Notes under the pieces: model-generated
The model's database searches: none
Told to the model about the DNA's origin: nothing
Seen by the model: only the letters and a program-made list of their open reading frames with translations
Shown: positions 17,871 through 31,801 of the stretch, piece by piece
Layout: the number at the start of each line of letters is the position of its first letter
How positions within the stretch are numbered: the stretch's first letter is position 1
From: a virus
Taxonomy: Duplodnaviria; Heunggongvirae; Uroviricota; Caudoviricetes
Virus record (IMG/VR): IMGVR_UViG_2537562223_000006
Strand: one strand, 5' to 3'
DNA length: 46,570 nucleotides
Made by a program: the position numbers and the translations under genes

Positions 17871-18968
17871 TTAGAACTGGTAAACCAGACCTACAGCAAC
17901 GATGTCATCAGTGCTTACACCGAGTGCTTTAGTGAAGTCATTTTTGTCAAGCAGGTTGATTTTGTAATCAACGAAAGTAGACATATTTTTGTTGAAGTAA
18001 TAGGTTGCACCTACATCAACATATTTGACTAAGTCCTGATCGCCCCATACTCCAAGATCCTTACCTTTAGATTGCAGGTAAGCAACGGACGGACGCAGAC
18101 CGAAATCGAACTGATATTGTGCAACAGCTTCGAAGTTTTGGGCTTTATTAGCAACGAAGTGATCAGCAAATACAGTCATATTCTGGGTTTCAGAATAGGT
18201 AGTGGCCAGGTAAATGTTGTTAGCGTCATATTTCAGACCTGCGGCCCAAACTTCTGCATTTTTACCGGAAGCAAATACTTCAGGAAGAACTTTCCCTGCA
18301 TTAACTTGAGTGTCGGTACGATCAGATTTCGCATAAGTTGCACCGATACCGAATCCTTCGTATTCATAGGTAGCAGAGAAACCGAAGCCATCACCGTTAC
18401 CTTCAGTGTAGTTATCGAAATCGCTACGATCGTTTTTGCCTTGGTACTGAGCAGCAAAGTTCAGACCATCAACCAGACCAAAGAAGTCGTTGTTACGATA
18501 GGTTGCAACACCAGTGGTGCGACCAGTCATGAACACATCTGTTTGGGTCCAGGTATCGCCACCGAATTCTGGCAGAACGTCAGTCCACGCACCGATGTCG
18601 TATGCTACACCGTAGTTACGGCCGTAATCGATTGAGCCGTAGTCACCGAATTTCAGGCCTGCAAATGCAAGACGGGTTTTGTCTTTGGAGGAACCTTGAG
18701 ATTCAGCGCGGTTGCCTTTGAATTCATATTCCCACTGACCGAAACCAGTCAGTTGATCGTTGATTTGGGTTTCACCTTTGAAGCCAAGACGGGCATAAGT
18801 AGTATCACCATCATCTGCATCATTAGAGGAGAAGTAGTGCTTAGCATTAACTTTCCCGTACAGATCCAGCTTGTTACTGTCTTTATTATAAATTTCAGCT
18901 GCCTGAGCAGACATCGCCATCAGTACTGATGCAGCTACAGCAGAAATTGCCACTGTTAATTTTTTCAT
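17871..18968 (-). CDS. OmpC-family general porin (NmpC/Lc-like), lysogenic-conversion moron
   Basis: 365 aa; signal peptide [23 protein letters not shown]; C-terminal ..VGLVYQF; antisense to late transcription between Q and the lysis cassette. Confidence 0.93.
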   Translation of the reverse strand: MKKLTVAISAVAASVLMAMSAQAAEIYNKDSNKLDLYGKVNAKHYFSSNDADDGDTTYARLGFKGETQINDQLTGFGQWEYEFKGNRAESQGSSKDKTRLAFAGLKFGDYGSIDYGRNYGVAYDIGAWTDVLPEFGGDTWTQTDVFMTGRTTGVATYRNNDFFGLVDGLNFAAQYQGKNDRSDFDNYTEGNGDGFGFSATYEYEGFGIGATYAKSDRTDTQVNAGKVLPEVFASGKNAEVWAAGLKYDANNIYLATTYSETQNMTVFADHFVANKAQNFEAVAQYQFDFGLRPSVAYLQSKGKDLGVWGDQDLVKYVDVGATYYFNKNMSTFVDYKINLLDKNDFTKALGVSTDDIVAVGLVYQF

Positions 18969-19396
18969 CGTGAGCCCTTTTTTTTGAACTATTATTAAAA
19001 AATGATGTCACTGCGCGATAAATATTCATCTAATCAATGTGATTATTTCAAGATGTAAGTTTTGGTTTCTCGTTTGATTTGTGAAGTAGATCTCTATTTT
19101 TATCTGAACTTTTTTCTATCGAATCCTATTTATAGCTCTTGGCTGAATAAAAATAAATCTATTAGCCAATTTATATTAACGGCTGTTATTTATAAGTGCT
19201 CTATAATTTGAAGGTTCAATTTAAATCGGCTAAAAATAACACTGGAAATTATTTGTTGGTTATTTGTTGAGATTTGCTTATGTATTTGTAGTGGTGTTTT
19301 CAATACTCGGTAGCATTCTCGCAAATATCATTTAGTGGTTTACGTACGTAAAAAATTGGTTATGCTGTTAAGAGTGGTTACTTCGTCACACAGCTT

Positions 19397-19430
19397 AAAC
19401 CCGCCGTCGAGCGGGTTTTTCCATTTTTTG
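19397..19430 (+). terminator. Rho-independent terminator-like hairpin + T-run in the AT-rich porin upstream region, ~110 bp before the holin
   Basis: AAACCCGCcgtcgaGCGGGTTT followed by TTCCATTTTTTG. Confidence 0.6.
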
Positions 19431-19541
19431 AGTCTCGATATTAGCTGATAACCCAATACCTGAGTTATTCACTGACTCCGAGTCTGTTACGTTTCGTAGT
19501 ATTCCCTCAATTTACACCCGCTTTGTCTGCGAGGTGGGGTT

Positions 19542-19757
19542 ATGAAATCCATGGATAAGTTAACAACGGGTGTCGCCTATGGCACCTCAGCAGGTAGTGC
19601 CGGGTACTGGTTTTTACAGCTGCTAGATAAAGTCACGCCCTCACAGTGGGCGGCAATTGGAGTGCTGGGTAGCCTGGTATTTGGCCTGCTGACGTACCTG
19701 ACAAACCTTTATTTCAAGATTAAAGAAGATAAGCGTAAGGCTGCGAGAGGTGAATAA
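19542..19757 (+). CDS. S: Class II holin, S21-type pinholin (dual-start motif MKSMDK)
   Basis: 71 aa, two TM segments, charged C-terminus; recalled as near-identical to phage 21 S / DLP12 EssD. Confidence 0.93.
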
Positions 19758-20254
19758 TGTCGCCATCATTACGCAAGGCTGTAGCAGCTGCTATTGGTGG
19801 TGGGGCTGTTGCCATAGCGTCTGTGCTCATCACTGGTCCGAGTGGTGACGATGGTCTGGAAGGTGTCAGCTACATACCATATAAAGATATTGTTGGTGTA
19901 TGGACTGTATGTCACGGGCATACAGGAAAAGACATCATGCTCGGTAAAACGTATACCAAAGCAGAATGCAAAGCACTCTTGAATAAAGACCTTGCCACTG
20001 TCGCCAGACAAATTAACCCGTACATCAAAGTCGATATACCGGAAACAACGCGCGGCGCTCTTTACTCATTCGTTTACAACGTGGGTGCTGGCAATTTCAG
20101 AACATCGACGCTTCTTCGCAAAATAAACCAGGGCGATATCAAAGGCGCATGTGATCAGCTACGTCGCTGGACATATGCTGGCGGTAAGCAATGGAAAGGT
20201 CTCATGACTCGTCGTGAGATTGAGCGTGAAATCTGTTTGTGGGGTCAGCAATGA
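19757..20254 (+). CDS. R: SAR endolysin (lysozyme with N-terminal signal-anchor-release domain), R21-type
   Basis: 165 aa; Gly/Ala-rich N-terminal SAR segment ([20 protein letters not shown]). Confidence 0.9.
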   Translation: MSPSLRKAVAAAIGGGAVAIASVLITGPSGDDGLEGVSYIPYKDIVGVWTVCHGHTGKDIMLGKTYTKAECKALLNKDLATVARQINPYIKVDIPETTRGALYSFVYNVGAGNFRTSTLLRKINQGDIKGACDQLRRWTYAGGKQWKGLMTRREIEREICLWGQQ

Positions 20255-20709
20255 ACAGAGTAACCGCGATTATCTCCGCTCTGATAATCTGCATCATCGT
20301 CTGCCTGTCATGGGCTGTTAATCATTACCGTGATAACGCAATCGCCTACAAGGAGCAGCGCGATAACAAGGCCAGTGAACTGGAGAAGGCGAACGCCACC
20401 ATCGCTGACATGCGGAAGCGTCAACGTGATGTAGCAGAACTCGACGCAAGATACACAAAGGAGCTTGCTGATGCTAACGCGACTATCGAAAGTCTCCGTG
20501 CTGATGTTTCTGCTGGGCGTAAGCGCCTGCAAGTCGCCGCCACCTGTGCAAAGTCAACGACCGGAGCCAGCGGCATGGGCGATGGAGAAAGCCCAGGACT
20601 TACAGCAGATGCTGAACTCAATTATTACCGTCTCCGAAGTGGAATCGACAAGATAACCGCGCAGGTTAACTACCTGCAGGAATACATCAGGACGCAATGC
20701 CTGAAATAA
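20251..20709 (+). CDS. Rz: Rz i-spanin
   Basis: N-terminal TM ([23 protein letters not shown]) then coiled-coil-like region; ATG overlaps endolysin stop. Confidence 0.9.
   Translation: MNRVTAIISALIICIIVCLSWAVNHYRDNAIAYKEQRDNKASELEKANATIADMRKRQRDVAELDARYTKELADANATIESLRADVSAGRKRLQVAATCAKSTTGASGMGDGESPGLTADAELNYYRLRSGIDKITAQVNYLQEYIRTQCLK
20471..20656 (+). CDS. Rz1: Rz1 o-spanin (lipoprotein) embedded in the +1 frame of Rz
   Basis: [33 protein letters not shown]..: lipobox LLGVSAC, Pro-rich; wholly nested in Rz. Confidence 0.85.
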   Translation: MLTRLSKVSVLMFLLGVSACKSPPPVQSQRPEPAAWAMEKAQDLQQMLNSIITVSEVESTR

Positions 20710-20740
20710 TTTTTTTGCAAATCACAAAGTCCATTTAATG

Positions 20741-20795
20741 AGCCTCGCGATGCGGGGCTTTTTGCAATAAATGCGTACCGCAACGCATGTTTTTT
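20741..20795 (+). terminator. Two tandem rho-independent terminators after the lysis cassette
   Basis: AGCCTCGCgatgCGGGGCT + TTTTT (20741-20764); ATGCGTaccgcaACGCAT + GTTTTTT (20771-20795). Confidence 0.75.
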
Positions 20796-20910
20796 ACACC
20801 GAACCTGCCCCTTTGGAATGGGCCTTTGAGGATACCAGTTAGTGCTGGCGAGCCTCGGTGGGCTGGTTTCCTGTGCGGCAAAGGTTCATTTCAAAGAGTA
20901 GGTACACGCT

Positions 20911-21408
20911 ATGAAATCATTAACCCTCTTCAATCAACCAATTCGTATCGGTGAAGATGGCATGATCTGCCTCACTGATATGTGGAAAGCCAGTGGTAAA
21001 AGTGAATCTGAATCGCCTTACCACTACCTGCGAAACAAGCAGACCAAAGAGTTCTTAGCCGAGCTGGAGAAAAACCACGAATCTGTGGTTTTTACTGAGC
21101 GCGGTGTACACGGTGGAACATATGGCGGGAAGTTTGTTGCTTACGATTATGCGGCTTGGTTAAACCCCGGATTTAAATATGCAGCCTATAAAGTTCTGGA
21201 TGACTACTTCACCGGAGAACTTCAGCATCGCAACAGCTTAAGTGCACAGCTCAATATGAAGTGTCATGAGTTTGATCAGAAAAAAGATATGGCGAGCTTC
21301 TGCGGACAAGGGCTGGCGGCATGGCGCTATACGAAGCCAGTGTTGGTCGCTGAGATTAACTCCCTGGCTAACCAGCTGCAGATTACGATCCCCGGGCTTC
21401 CGGGATGA
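20911..21408 (+). CDS. KilA-N domain protein
   Basis: 165 aa; N-terminus ..IRIGEDGMICLTDMWKASGK.. typical of KilA-N domains. Confidence 0.7.
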   Translation: MKSLTLFNQPIRIGEDGMICLTDMWKASGKSESESPYHYLRNKQTKEFLAELEKNHESVVFTERGVHGGTYGGKFVAYDYAAWLNPGFKYAAYKVLDDYFTGELQHRNSLSAQLNMKCHEFDQKKDMASFCGQGLAAWRYTKPVLVAEINSLANQLQITIPGLPG

Positions 21409-21662
21409 GTGATCGTGTCATTGAATGCGCCTCCAGAGCGGGGCGTGACTTCTCAGAGTTCATGAAAGGTGAGAAGGGCATGATGGAAGCATTGTCCTCG
21501 GTGGATGAGTTTGGCGAGCAGCTGCGCCTCAACGGCTGTGTCAATCATCACTTTGTTAGCTACATGATGCGGAACTCGATCATGCAGGCATTCATGGACA
21601 TGGCAAAAGCCGAGAGGAAAGAAGAGCGCCGGCGTAAGCGAGCAGAAGCAAAAGCGAAGTAG
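21405..21662 (+). CDS. Hypothetical small protein with a basic C-terminus
   Basis: 85 aa; ATG overlaps the KilA-N stop; C-terminal KAERKEERRRKRAEAKAK. Confidence 0.5.
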   Translation: MSDRVIECASRAGRDFSEFMKGEKGMMEALSSVDEFGEQLRLNGCVNHHFVSYMMRNSIMQAFMDMAKAERKEERRRKRAEAKAK

Positions 21663-21948
21663 CCATTACAAAGCCTATCTACGGGTGGGCTTGATAATGG
21701 CTTATACCCTACACGGGATAACTTAACTGATATCCCTTTTAAAGGATAAAGGTATTCAAGCCTGACACATCATGCGCTGTATCGTCGCCGTATTCCCGTA
21801 TTAACAGAGACCGTAGCCCGACGGGGAACTCCTTCTGCGCGAGTGTGTGGGAATAATCAAAAACGATGCACACCGGGGTTACCGGGTACACATATTTCAT
21901 CATGTCAGCGAGTCCGGTTCTGGCACGGAAGAAACCGGACGTTATGAT

Positions 21949-22359
21949 TTAGTGCGGAAATATTTGTGTAGTGTTCTGAATGTTCTCAGTAAAGAGTAAT
22001 GAATTATCAAAGGTATAGTAATACCTTTTGTTTTCGTGGATATTTGTAATCCATCTGAAAACCCCTGCAGTAGCAAGATTTTTCCTGTATTCGTAAAATG
22101 ATAACTCTCCTGATTTGAATCCTTTTAAGGTGGCTTCTATAAGGCATTTATTTTTTGAAAATCTTACATTTACAACCTTACCCTGTCCTTTTATTAAAAC
22201 CGTATTATCGTTTTCAAGAACAAGATGAATATTCTCTGTAGCTAAATAGTAAATGTAATGTGAGACATTGTGACGTTTTAGTTCAGAATAAAACCAGTGA
22301 TAGTTTAAATTATTTCGCACTTTATCGAATATTTGTTTAAAAATGGCAACCTGAGCCAT
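21949..22359 (-). CDS. DUF1398-like protein (YbcV/YdfO-like), AT-rich
   Basis: 136 aa from ATG 22359 (GGAAGG RBS); [45 protein letters not shown]..; recalled as YbcV-like. Confidence 0.55.
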   Translation of the reverse strand: MAQVAIFKQIFDKVRNNLNYHWFYSELKRHNVSHYIYYLATENIHLVLENDNTVLIKGQGKVVNVRFSKNKCLIEATLKGFKSGELSFYEYRKNLATAGVFRWITNIHENKRYYYTFDNSLLFTENIQNTTQIFPH

Positions 22360-22415
22360 TGTAGTACCTTCCATGTGATATGAGGGGCGTAGTCTGCACG
22401 ATTATCTAAATTGCT

Positions 22416-22649
22416 TCAATCTGGTCTGATCTGTTTTCTGAGCAATTCAGTAATATCACTCTTTTCTTTGTTTGCTTCAGGAGAAACTCTTTTTTCTGAG
22501 CACAGTCTCCGGCGGCAGGCTTCAATGACCCAGGCTGAGAAATTCCCGGACCCTTTTTGATCAAGAGCGATGTTAATTTGTTCAATCATTTGGTTAGGAA
22601 AGCGGATGTTGCGGATTGTTGTTCTGCGGGTTCTGTTCTTCGTTGACAT
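22416..22649 (-). CDS. Small DUF3950-like protein (YlcI-like), possible ribbon-helix-helix DNA-binding fold
   Basis: 77 aa MSTKNRTRRTTIRNIRFPNQMIEQINIALDQKGSGNFSAWVIEACRRRL..; directly upstream of the DUF1398 gene on the same strand. Confidence 0.5.
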   Translation of the reverse strand: MSTKNRTRRTTIRNIRFPNQMIEQINIALDQKGSGNFSAWVIEACRRRLCSEKRVSPEANKEKSDITELLRKQIRPD

Positions 22650-22789
22650 GAGGTTGTCCCGTATTCAGTGTCGCTGATTTGTATTGTCTGAAGTTGTTTT
22701 TACGTTAAGTTGATGCAGATCAATTAATATGATACCTGCGTCATAATTGATTATTTGACGTGGTTTGATGGCGTAGATGCACGTTGTGA

Positions 22790-23037
22790 CATGCAGATGA
22801 TAATTATTATCATTTTGCGGGTCCTTTCCGGCGATCCGACAGGTTACGGGGCGGCGACCTCGCGGGTTTTCGCTATTTATGAAAATTTTCCGGTTTAAGG
22901 TGTTTCCGTTCTTCTTCGTCGTAACTTAATGTTTTTATTTAAAATACCCCCTGAAAAGAAAGGAAACGACAGGTGCTGAAAGCGAGCTTTTTGGCCTCTG
23001 TCGTTTCCTTTCTCTGTTTTTGTCCGTGGAATGAACA
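22790..23037 (+). other. cos: cos site (cosQ-cosN-cosB); 12-nt cohesive end GGGCGGCGACCT at 22849-22860
   Basis: ..CAGGTTACGGGGCGGCGACCTCGCGGGTTTTCGCTATTTATGAAAATTTTCCGGTTTAAGG.. recalled as near-identical to the lambda cos region. Confidence 0.93.
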
Positions 23038-23557
23038 ATGGAAGTCAACAAAAAGCAGCTGGCTGACATTTTCGGTGCGAGTATCCGTACCATTCAGAAC
23101 TGGCAGGAACAGGGAATGCCCGTTCTGCGAGGCGGTGGCAAGGGTAATGAGGTGCTTTATGACTCTGCCGCCGTTATAAGATGGTATGCCGAAAGGGATG
23201 CTGAAATTGAGAACGAAAAGCTGCGCCGGGAAGTTGAAGAACTGCGGCAGGCCAGCGAGACAGATCTCCAGCCAGGGACTATTGAGTACGAACGCCATCG
23301 ACTTACGCGTGCGCAGGCCGACGCACAGGAGCTGAAAAATGCCAGAGACTCCGCTGAAGTGGTGGAAACCGCATTCTGTACTTTCGTGCTGTCGCGGATC
23401 GCAGGTGAAATTGCCAGTATTCTCGACGGGATCCCCCTGTCGGTGCAGCGGCGTTTTCCGGAACTGGAAAACCGACATGTTGATTTCCTGAAACGGGATA
23501 TCATCAAAGCCATGAACAAAGCAGCCGCGCTGGATGAACTGATACCGGGGTTGCTGA

Positions 23558-23583
<26 letters not shown>
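23038..23583 (+). CDS. Nu1: Terminase small subunit Nu1
   Basis: 181 aa MEVNKKQLADIFGASIRTIQNWQEQGMPVLRGGGKGNEVLYDSAAVIRWYAERDAEIENEKLRREVEELRQ..; recalled as lambda Nu1. Confidence 0.97.
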
Positions 23584-27264
<3,681 letters not shown>

Positions 27265-27284
<20 letters not shown>

Positions 27285-28584
27285 TCTCCCGCATATTGCC
27301 AGCATGGCCTTTAATGAGCCGCTGATGCTTGAACCCGCCTATGCGCGGGTTTTCTTTTGTGCGCTTGCAGGCCAGCTTGGGATCAGCCGCCTGACGGATG
27401 CGGTGTCCGGTGACAGCCTGGCTGCCGGAGAGGCACCCGCGACGCTGGCGTTATCCGGTGATGATGACGGACCACGACAGGCCCGCAGTTATCAGGTCAT
27501 GAACGGCATCGCCGTGCTGCCGGTGTCCGGCACGCTGGTCAGCCGGACGCGGGCGCTGCAGCCGTATTCGGGGATGACCGGTTACAACGGCATTATCGCC
27601 CGTCTGCAACAGGCTGCCAGCGACCCGATGGTGGACGGCATTCTGCTCGATATGGACACGCCAGGCGGAATGGTGGCGGGGGCATTTGACTGCGCTGACA
27701 TCATCGCCCGTGTGCGTGACATAAAACCGGTATGGGCGCTGGCCAACGACATGAACTGCAGTGCAGGTCAGCTGCTTGCCAGTGCCGCCTCCCGGCGTCT
27801 GGTCACGCAGACCGCCCGGACAGGCTCCATCGGCGTCATGATGGCTCACAGTAATTACGGTGCTGCCCTGGAGAAACAGGGCGTGGAAATCACGCTGATT
27901 TACAGCGGCAGCCATAAGGTGGATGGCAATCCTTACAGCCATCTTCCGGATGACGTCCGGGAGACACTGCAGTCCCGGATGGACGCAACCCGCCAGATGT
28001 TTGCGCAGAAGGTGTCGGCATATACCGGCCTGTCTGTGCAGGCTGTGCTGGATACCGAGGCTGCAGTGTACAGCGGTCAGGAGGCCATTGATGCCGGACT
28101 GGCTGATGAACTTGTCAACAGCACCGATGCGATCACCGTTATGCGTGATGCACTGGATGCACGTAAATCCCGTCTCTCAGGAGGGCGAATGACCAAAGAG
28201 ACTCAATCAACAACTGTTTCAGCCACTGCTTCGCAGGCTGACGTTACTGGCGTGGTGCAAGCGACGGAGGGCGAAAACGCCAGCGCGGCGCAGCCGGACG
28301 TGAACGCGCAGATCACCGCAGCGGTTGCGGCAGAAAACAGTCGCATTATGGGGATCCTCAACTGTGAGGAGGCTCACGGACGCGAAGAACAGGCACGCGT
28401 GCTGGCCGAAACCCCCGGTATGACCGTGGAAACGGCCCGCCGTATTCTGGCCGCAGCACCACAGAGTGCACAGACGCGCAGTGACACTGCGCTGGATCGT
28501 CTGATGCAGGGGGCACCGGCACCGCTGGCTGCAGGTAACCCGGCATCTGATGCCGTTAACGATTTGCTGAACACACCAGTGTAA
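27265..28584 (+). CDS. C: Head protease / scaffold C (439 aa, GTG start, 20-nt overlap with B as in lambda)
   Basis: (V)TAELRNLPHIASMAFNEPLMLEPAYARVFFCALAGQLGIS..; track ORF 27151-28584 trimmed to the lambda-equivalent start. Confidence 0.9.
27979..28584 (+). CDS. Nu3: Scaffolding protein Nu3, nested in-frame in the 3' third of C
   Basis: Internal ATG at 27979 in the C frame (MDATRQMFAQKVSAYTG..) at the position and length (606 nt) of lambda Nu3. Confidence 0.75.
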   Translation: MDATRQMFAQKVSAYTGLSVQAVLDTEAAVYSGQEAIDAGLADELVNSTDAITVMRDALDARKSRLSGGRMTKETQSTTVSATASQADVTGVVQATEGENASAAQPDVNAQITAAVAAENSRIMGILNCEEAHGREEQARVLAETPGMTVETARRILAAAPQSAQTRSDTALDRLMQGAPAPLAAGNPASDAVNDLLNTPV

Positions 28585-28593
28585 GGGATGTTT

Positions 28594-28926
28594 ATGACGA
28601 GCAAAGAAACCTTTACCCATTACCAGCCGCTGGGCAATAGTGACCCGGCTCATACCGCAACCGCGCCCGGCGGATTGAGTGCGAAAGCGCCTGCAATGAC
28701 CCCGCTGATGCTGGACACCTCCACCCGTAAGCTGGTTGCGTGGGATGGCACCACCGACGGTGCTGCCGTTGGCATTCTTGCGGTTGCTGCTGACCAGACC
28801 AGCACCACACTGACGTTCTACAAGTCCGGCACGTTCCGTTATGAGGATGTGCTCTGGCCGGAGGCTGCCAGCGACGAGACGAAAAAACGGACCGCGTTTG
28901 CCGGAACGGCAATCAGCATCGTTTAA
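28594..28926 (+). CDS. D: Head decoration protein D
   Basis: 110 aa [43 protein letters not shown].. Confidence 0.97.
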   Translation: MTSKETFTHYQPLGNSDPAHTATAPGGLSAKAPAMTPLMLDTSTRKLVAWDGTTDGAAVGILAVAADQTSTTLTFYKSGTFRYEDVLWPEAASDETKKRTAFAGTAISIV

Positions 28927-28943
28927 CTTTACCCTTCATCACT

Positions 28944-28968
28944 AAAGGCCGCCTGTGCGGCTTTTTTT
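28944..28968 (+). terminator. Hairpin + T7 run between D and E (partial terminator / RNA stability element)
   Basis: AAAGGCCGCctgtGCGGCTTTTTTT. Confidence 0.5.
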
Positions 28969-28981
28969 ACGGGATTTTTTT

Positions 28982-30007
28982 ATGTCGATGTACACAACCG
29001 CCCAGCTGCTGGCGGCAAATGAGCAGAAATTTAAGTTTGATCCGCTGTTTCTGCGTCTCTTTTTCCGTGAGAGCTATCCCTTCACTACGGAGAAAGTCTA
29101 TCTCTCACAAATTCCGGGACTGGTAAACATGGCGCTGTACGTTTCGCCGATTGTTTCCGGTGAGGTTATCCGTTCCCGTGGCGGCTCCACCTCTGAATTT
29201 ACGCCGGGATATGTCAAACCCAAGCATGAGGTGAATCCGCAGATGACCCTGCGTCGCCTGCCGGATGAAGATCCGCAGAATCTGGCGGACCCGGCTTACC
29301 GCCGCCGTCGCATCATTATGCAGAACATGCGTGACGAAGAGCTGGCCATTGCTCAGGTCGAAGAGATGCAGGCAGTTTCTGCCGTGCTCAAGGGCAAATA
29401 CACCATGACCGGTGAAGCCTTCGATCCGGTTGAGGTGGATATGGGCCGCAGTGCGGCGAACAACATCACACAGTCCGGCGTCACGGAGTGGAGCAAGCGT
29501 GACAAGTCCACGTATGACCCGACCGACGATATCGAAGCCTACGCGCTGAACGCCAGCGGTGTGGTGAATATCATCGTGTTTGACCCGAAAGGCTGGGCGC
29601 TGTTCCGTTCCTTCAAAGCCGTCAAGGAGAAGCTGGATACCCGTCGCGGCTCTCATTCCGAGCTGGAGACAGCGGTAAAAGACCTGGGCAAAGCGGTGTC
29701 CTATAAGGGAATGTATGGCGATGTGGCCATCGTCGTGTATTCCGGACAGTACGTGGAAAACGGCGTCAAAAAGAACTTCTTGCCGGACAACACGATGGTG
29801 CTGGGGAACACTCAGGCTCGCGGTCTGCGCACCTATGGCTGCATTCAGGATGCGGACGCACAGCGCGAAGGCATTAACGCCTCTGCCCGTTACCCGAAAA
29901 ACTGGGTGACCACCGGCGATCCGGCGCGTGAGTTCACCATGATTCAGTCAGCACCGCTGATGCTGCTGGCTGATCCTGATGAGTTCGTGTCCGTTCAACT
30001 GGCGTAA
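28982..30007 (+). CDS. E: Major capsid protein E
   Basis: 341 aa MSMYTTAQLLAANEQKFKFDPLFLRLFFRESYPFTTEKVYLSQIPGLVNMALYVSPIVSGEVIRSRGG.. Confidence 0.97.
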   Translation: MSMYTTAQLLAANEQKFKFDPLFLRLFFRESYPFTTEKVYLSQIPGLVNMALYVSPIVSGEVIRSRGGSTSEFTPGYVKPKHEVNPQMTLRRLPDEDPQNLADPAYRRRRIIMQNMRDEELAIAQVEEMQAVSAVLKGKYTMTGEAFDPVEVDMGRSAANNITQSGVTEWSKRDKSTYDPTDDIEAYALNASGVVNIIVFDPKGWALFRSFKAVKEKLDTRRGSHSELETAVKDLGKAVSYKGMYGDVAIVVYSGQYVENGVKKNFLPDNTMVLGNTQARGLRTYGCIQDADAQREGINASARYPKNWVTTGDPAREFTMIQSAPLMLLADPDEFVSVQLA

Positions 30008-30048
30008 TCATGGCCCTTAGGGGCCATTTTCTCTCTGTGGAGGAGTTC

Positions 30049-30447
30049 ATGACGAAAGATGAACTGATTGCCCGTCTTCAGGAGCTGGGTGAGCAATTGA
30101 ACCGCGATGTCAGTTTGACGGGAACGAAAGAAGAACTGGCGCTTCGTGTGGCAGAGCTGGAAGAAGAGCTTGATGACACGGATGAAACTGCCGGTCAGGA
30201 CACCCCTCTCAGCCGGGAAAATGTGCTGACCGGGCATGAAAATGAGGTGGTATCAGCGCAGCCGGATACCGTGATTCAGGATACGGCTGCTCTGGTCACG
30301 GTTGTGGCACTGGTGACGCTGCATACTGATGCACTTCACGCCACGCGGGATGAGGCTGTGGCATTTGTGCTGCCGGGAACGGCGTTCCGTGTCTCTGCCG
30401 GTGTGGCAGCTGAAATGACAGAGCGCGGCCTGGCCAGAATGCAATAA
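30049..30447 (+). CDS. FI: DNA packaging protein FI
   Basis: 132 aa MTKDELIARLQELGEQLNRDVSLTGTKEELALRVAELEEELDDTDETAGQ.. Confidence 0.95.
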   Translation: MTKDELIARLQELGEQLNRDVSLTGTKEELALRVAELEEELDDTDETAGQDTPLSRENVLTGHENEVVSAQPDTVIQDTAALVTVVALVTLHTDALHATRDEAVAFVLPGTAFRVSAGVAAEMTERGLARMQ

Positions 30448-30458
30448 CGGGAGGCGCT

Positions 30459-30812
30459 GTGGCTGATTTCGATAACCTGTTCGATGCTGCCATTGCCCGC
30501 GCCGATGAAACGATACGCGGGTACATGGGAACGTCAGCCACCATGACATCCGGTGAGCAGTCAGGTGCGGTGATACGTGGTGTTTTTGATGACCCTGAAA
30601 ATATCAGCTATGCCGGACAGGGCGTGCGCGTTGAAGGCTCCAGCCCGTCCCTGTTTGTCCGGACTGATGATGTGCGGCAGCTGCGGCGCGGCGACACGCT
30701 GACCATCGGTGAGGAAAACTTCTGGATAGACCGGATTTCGCCGGATGATGGCGGAAGCTGTCATCTCTGGCTTGGGCGGGGCGTACCGCCTGCCGTTAAC
30801 CGTCGCCGCTGA
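30459..30812 (+). CDS. FII: Head-tail connector protein FII
   Basis: 117 aa MADFDNLFDAAIARADETIRGYMGTSATMTSGEQSGAVIRG.. Confidence 0.95.
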   Translation: MADFDNLFDAAIARADETIRGYMGTSATMTSGEQSGAVIRGVFDDPENISYAGQGVRVEGSSPSLFVRTDDVRQLRRGDTLTIGEENFWIDRISPDDGGSCHLWLGRGVPPAVNRRR

Positions 30813-30823
30813 AAGGGGGATGT

Positions 30824-31402
30824 ATGGCCATAAAAGGTCTTGAGCAGGCCGTTGAAAACCTCAGCCGTATCAGCAGAACGGCGGTGCCCGGTGCCGCCGC
30901 AATGGCCATTAACCGCGTTGCTTCATCCGCGATATCGCAGTCGGCGTCACAGGTTGCCCGTGAGACAAAGGTACGCCGGAAACTGGTAAAGGAAAGGGCC
31001 AGGCTGAAAAGGGCCACGGTCAAAAATCCGCAGGCCAGAATCAAAGTTAACCGGGGGGATTTGCCCGTAATCAAGCTGGGTAATGCGCGGATTGTCCTTT
31101 CGCGCCGCAGGCGTCGTAAAAAGGGGCAGCGTTCATCCCTGAAAGGTGGCGGCAGCGTGCTTGTGGTGGGAAACCGTCGTATTCCCGGCGCGTTTATTCA
31201 GCAACTGAAAAATGGCCGGTGGCATGTTATGCAGCGTGTGGCCGGGAAAAACCGTTACCCCATTGATGTGGTGAAAATCCCGATGGCGGTGCCGCTGACC
31301 ACGGCGTTTAAACAGAATATTGAACGGATACGGCGTGAACGTCTTCCGAAAGAGCTGGGCTATGCGCTGCAGCATCAACTGAGGATGGTAATAAAGCGAT
31401 GA
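30824..31402 (+). CDS. Z: Tail completion protein Z
   Basis: 192 aa MAIKGLEQAVENLSRISRTAVPGAAAMAINRVASSAISQ.. Confidence 0.95.
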   Translation: MAIKGLEQAVENLSRISRTAVPGAAAMAINRVASSAISQSASQVARETKVRRKLVKERARLKRATVKNPQARIKVNRGDLPVIKLGNARIVLSRRRRRKKGQRSSLKGGGSVLVVGNRRIPGAFIQQLKNGRWHVMQRVAGKNRYPIDVVKIPMAVPLTTAFKQNIERIRRERLPKELGYALQHQLRMVIKR

Positions 31403-31794
31403 AACATACTGAACTCCGTGCAGCCGTACTGGATGCACTGGAGAAGCATGACACCGGGGCGACGCTTTTTGATGGTCGCCCCGCTGTTTTTGATGAGGAA
31501 GATTTTCCGGCAATTGCCGTTTATCTCACCGGCGCTGAATACACGGGCGAAGAGCTGGACAGCGATACCTGGCAGGCGGAGCTGCATATTGAAGTTTTCC
31601 TGCCTGCTCAGGTGCCGGATTCAGAGCTGGATGCGTGGATGGAGTCCCGGATTTATCCGGTGATGAGCGATATCCCGGCACTGTCAGATTTGATCACCAG
31701 TATGGTGGCCAGTGGCTATGACTACCGGCGCGACGATGATGCGGGCCTGTGGAGTTCAGCCGATCTGACTTATGTCATTACCTATGAAATGTGA
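31399..31794 (+). CDS. U: Tail terminator protein U
   Basis: 131 aa [53 protein letters not shown].. Confidence 0.95.
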   Translation: MKHTELRAAVLDALEKHDTGATLFDGRPAVFDEEDFPAIAVYLTGAEYTGEELDSDTWQAELHIEVFLPAQVPDSELDAWMESRIYPVMSDIPALSDLITSMVASGYDYRRDDDAGLWSSADLTYVITYEM

Positions 31795-31801
31795 GGACGC
31801 T

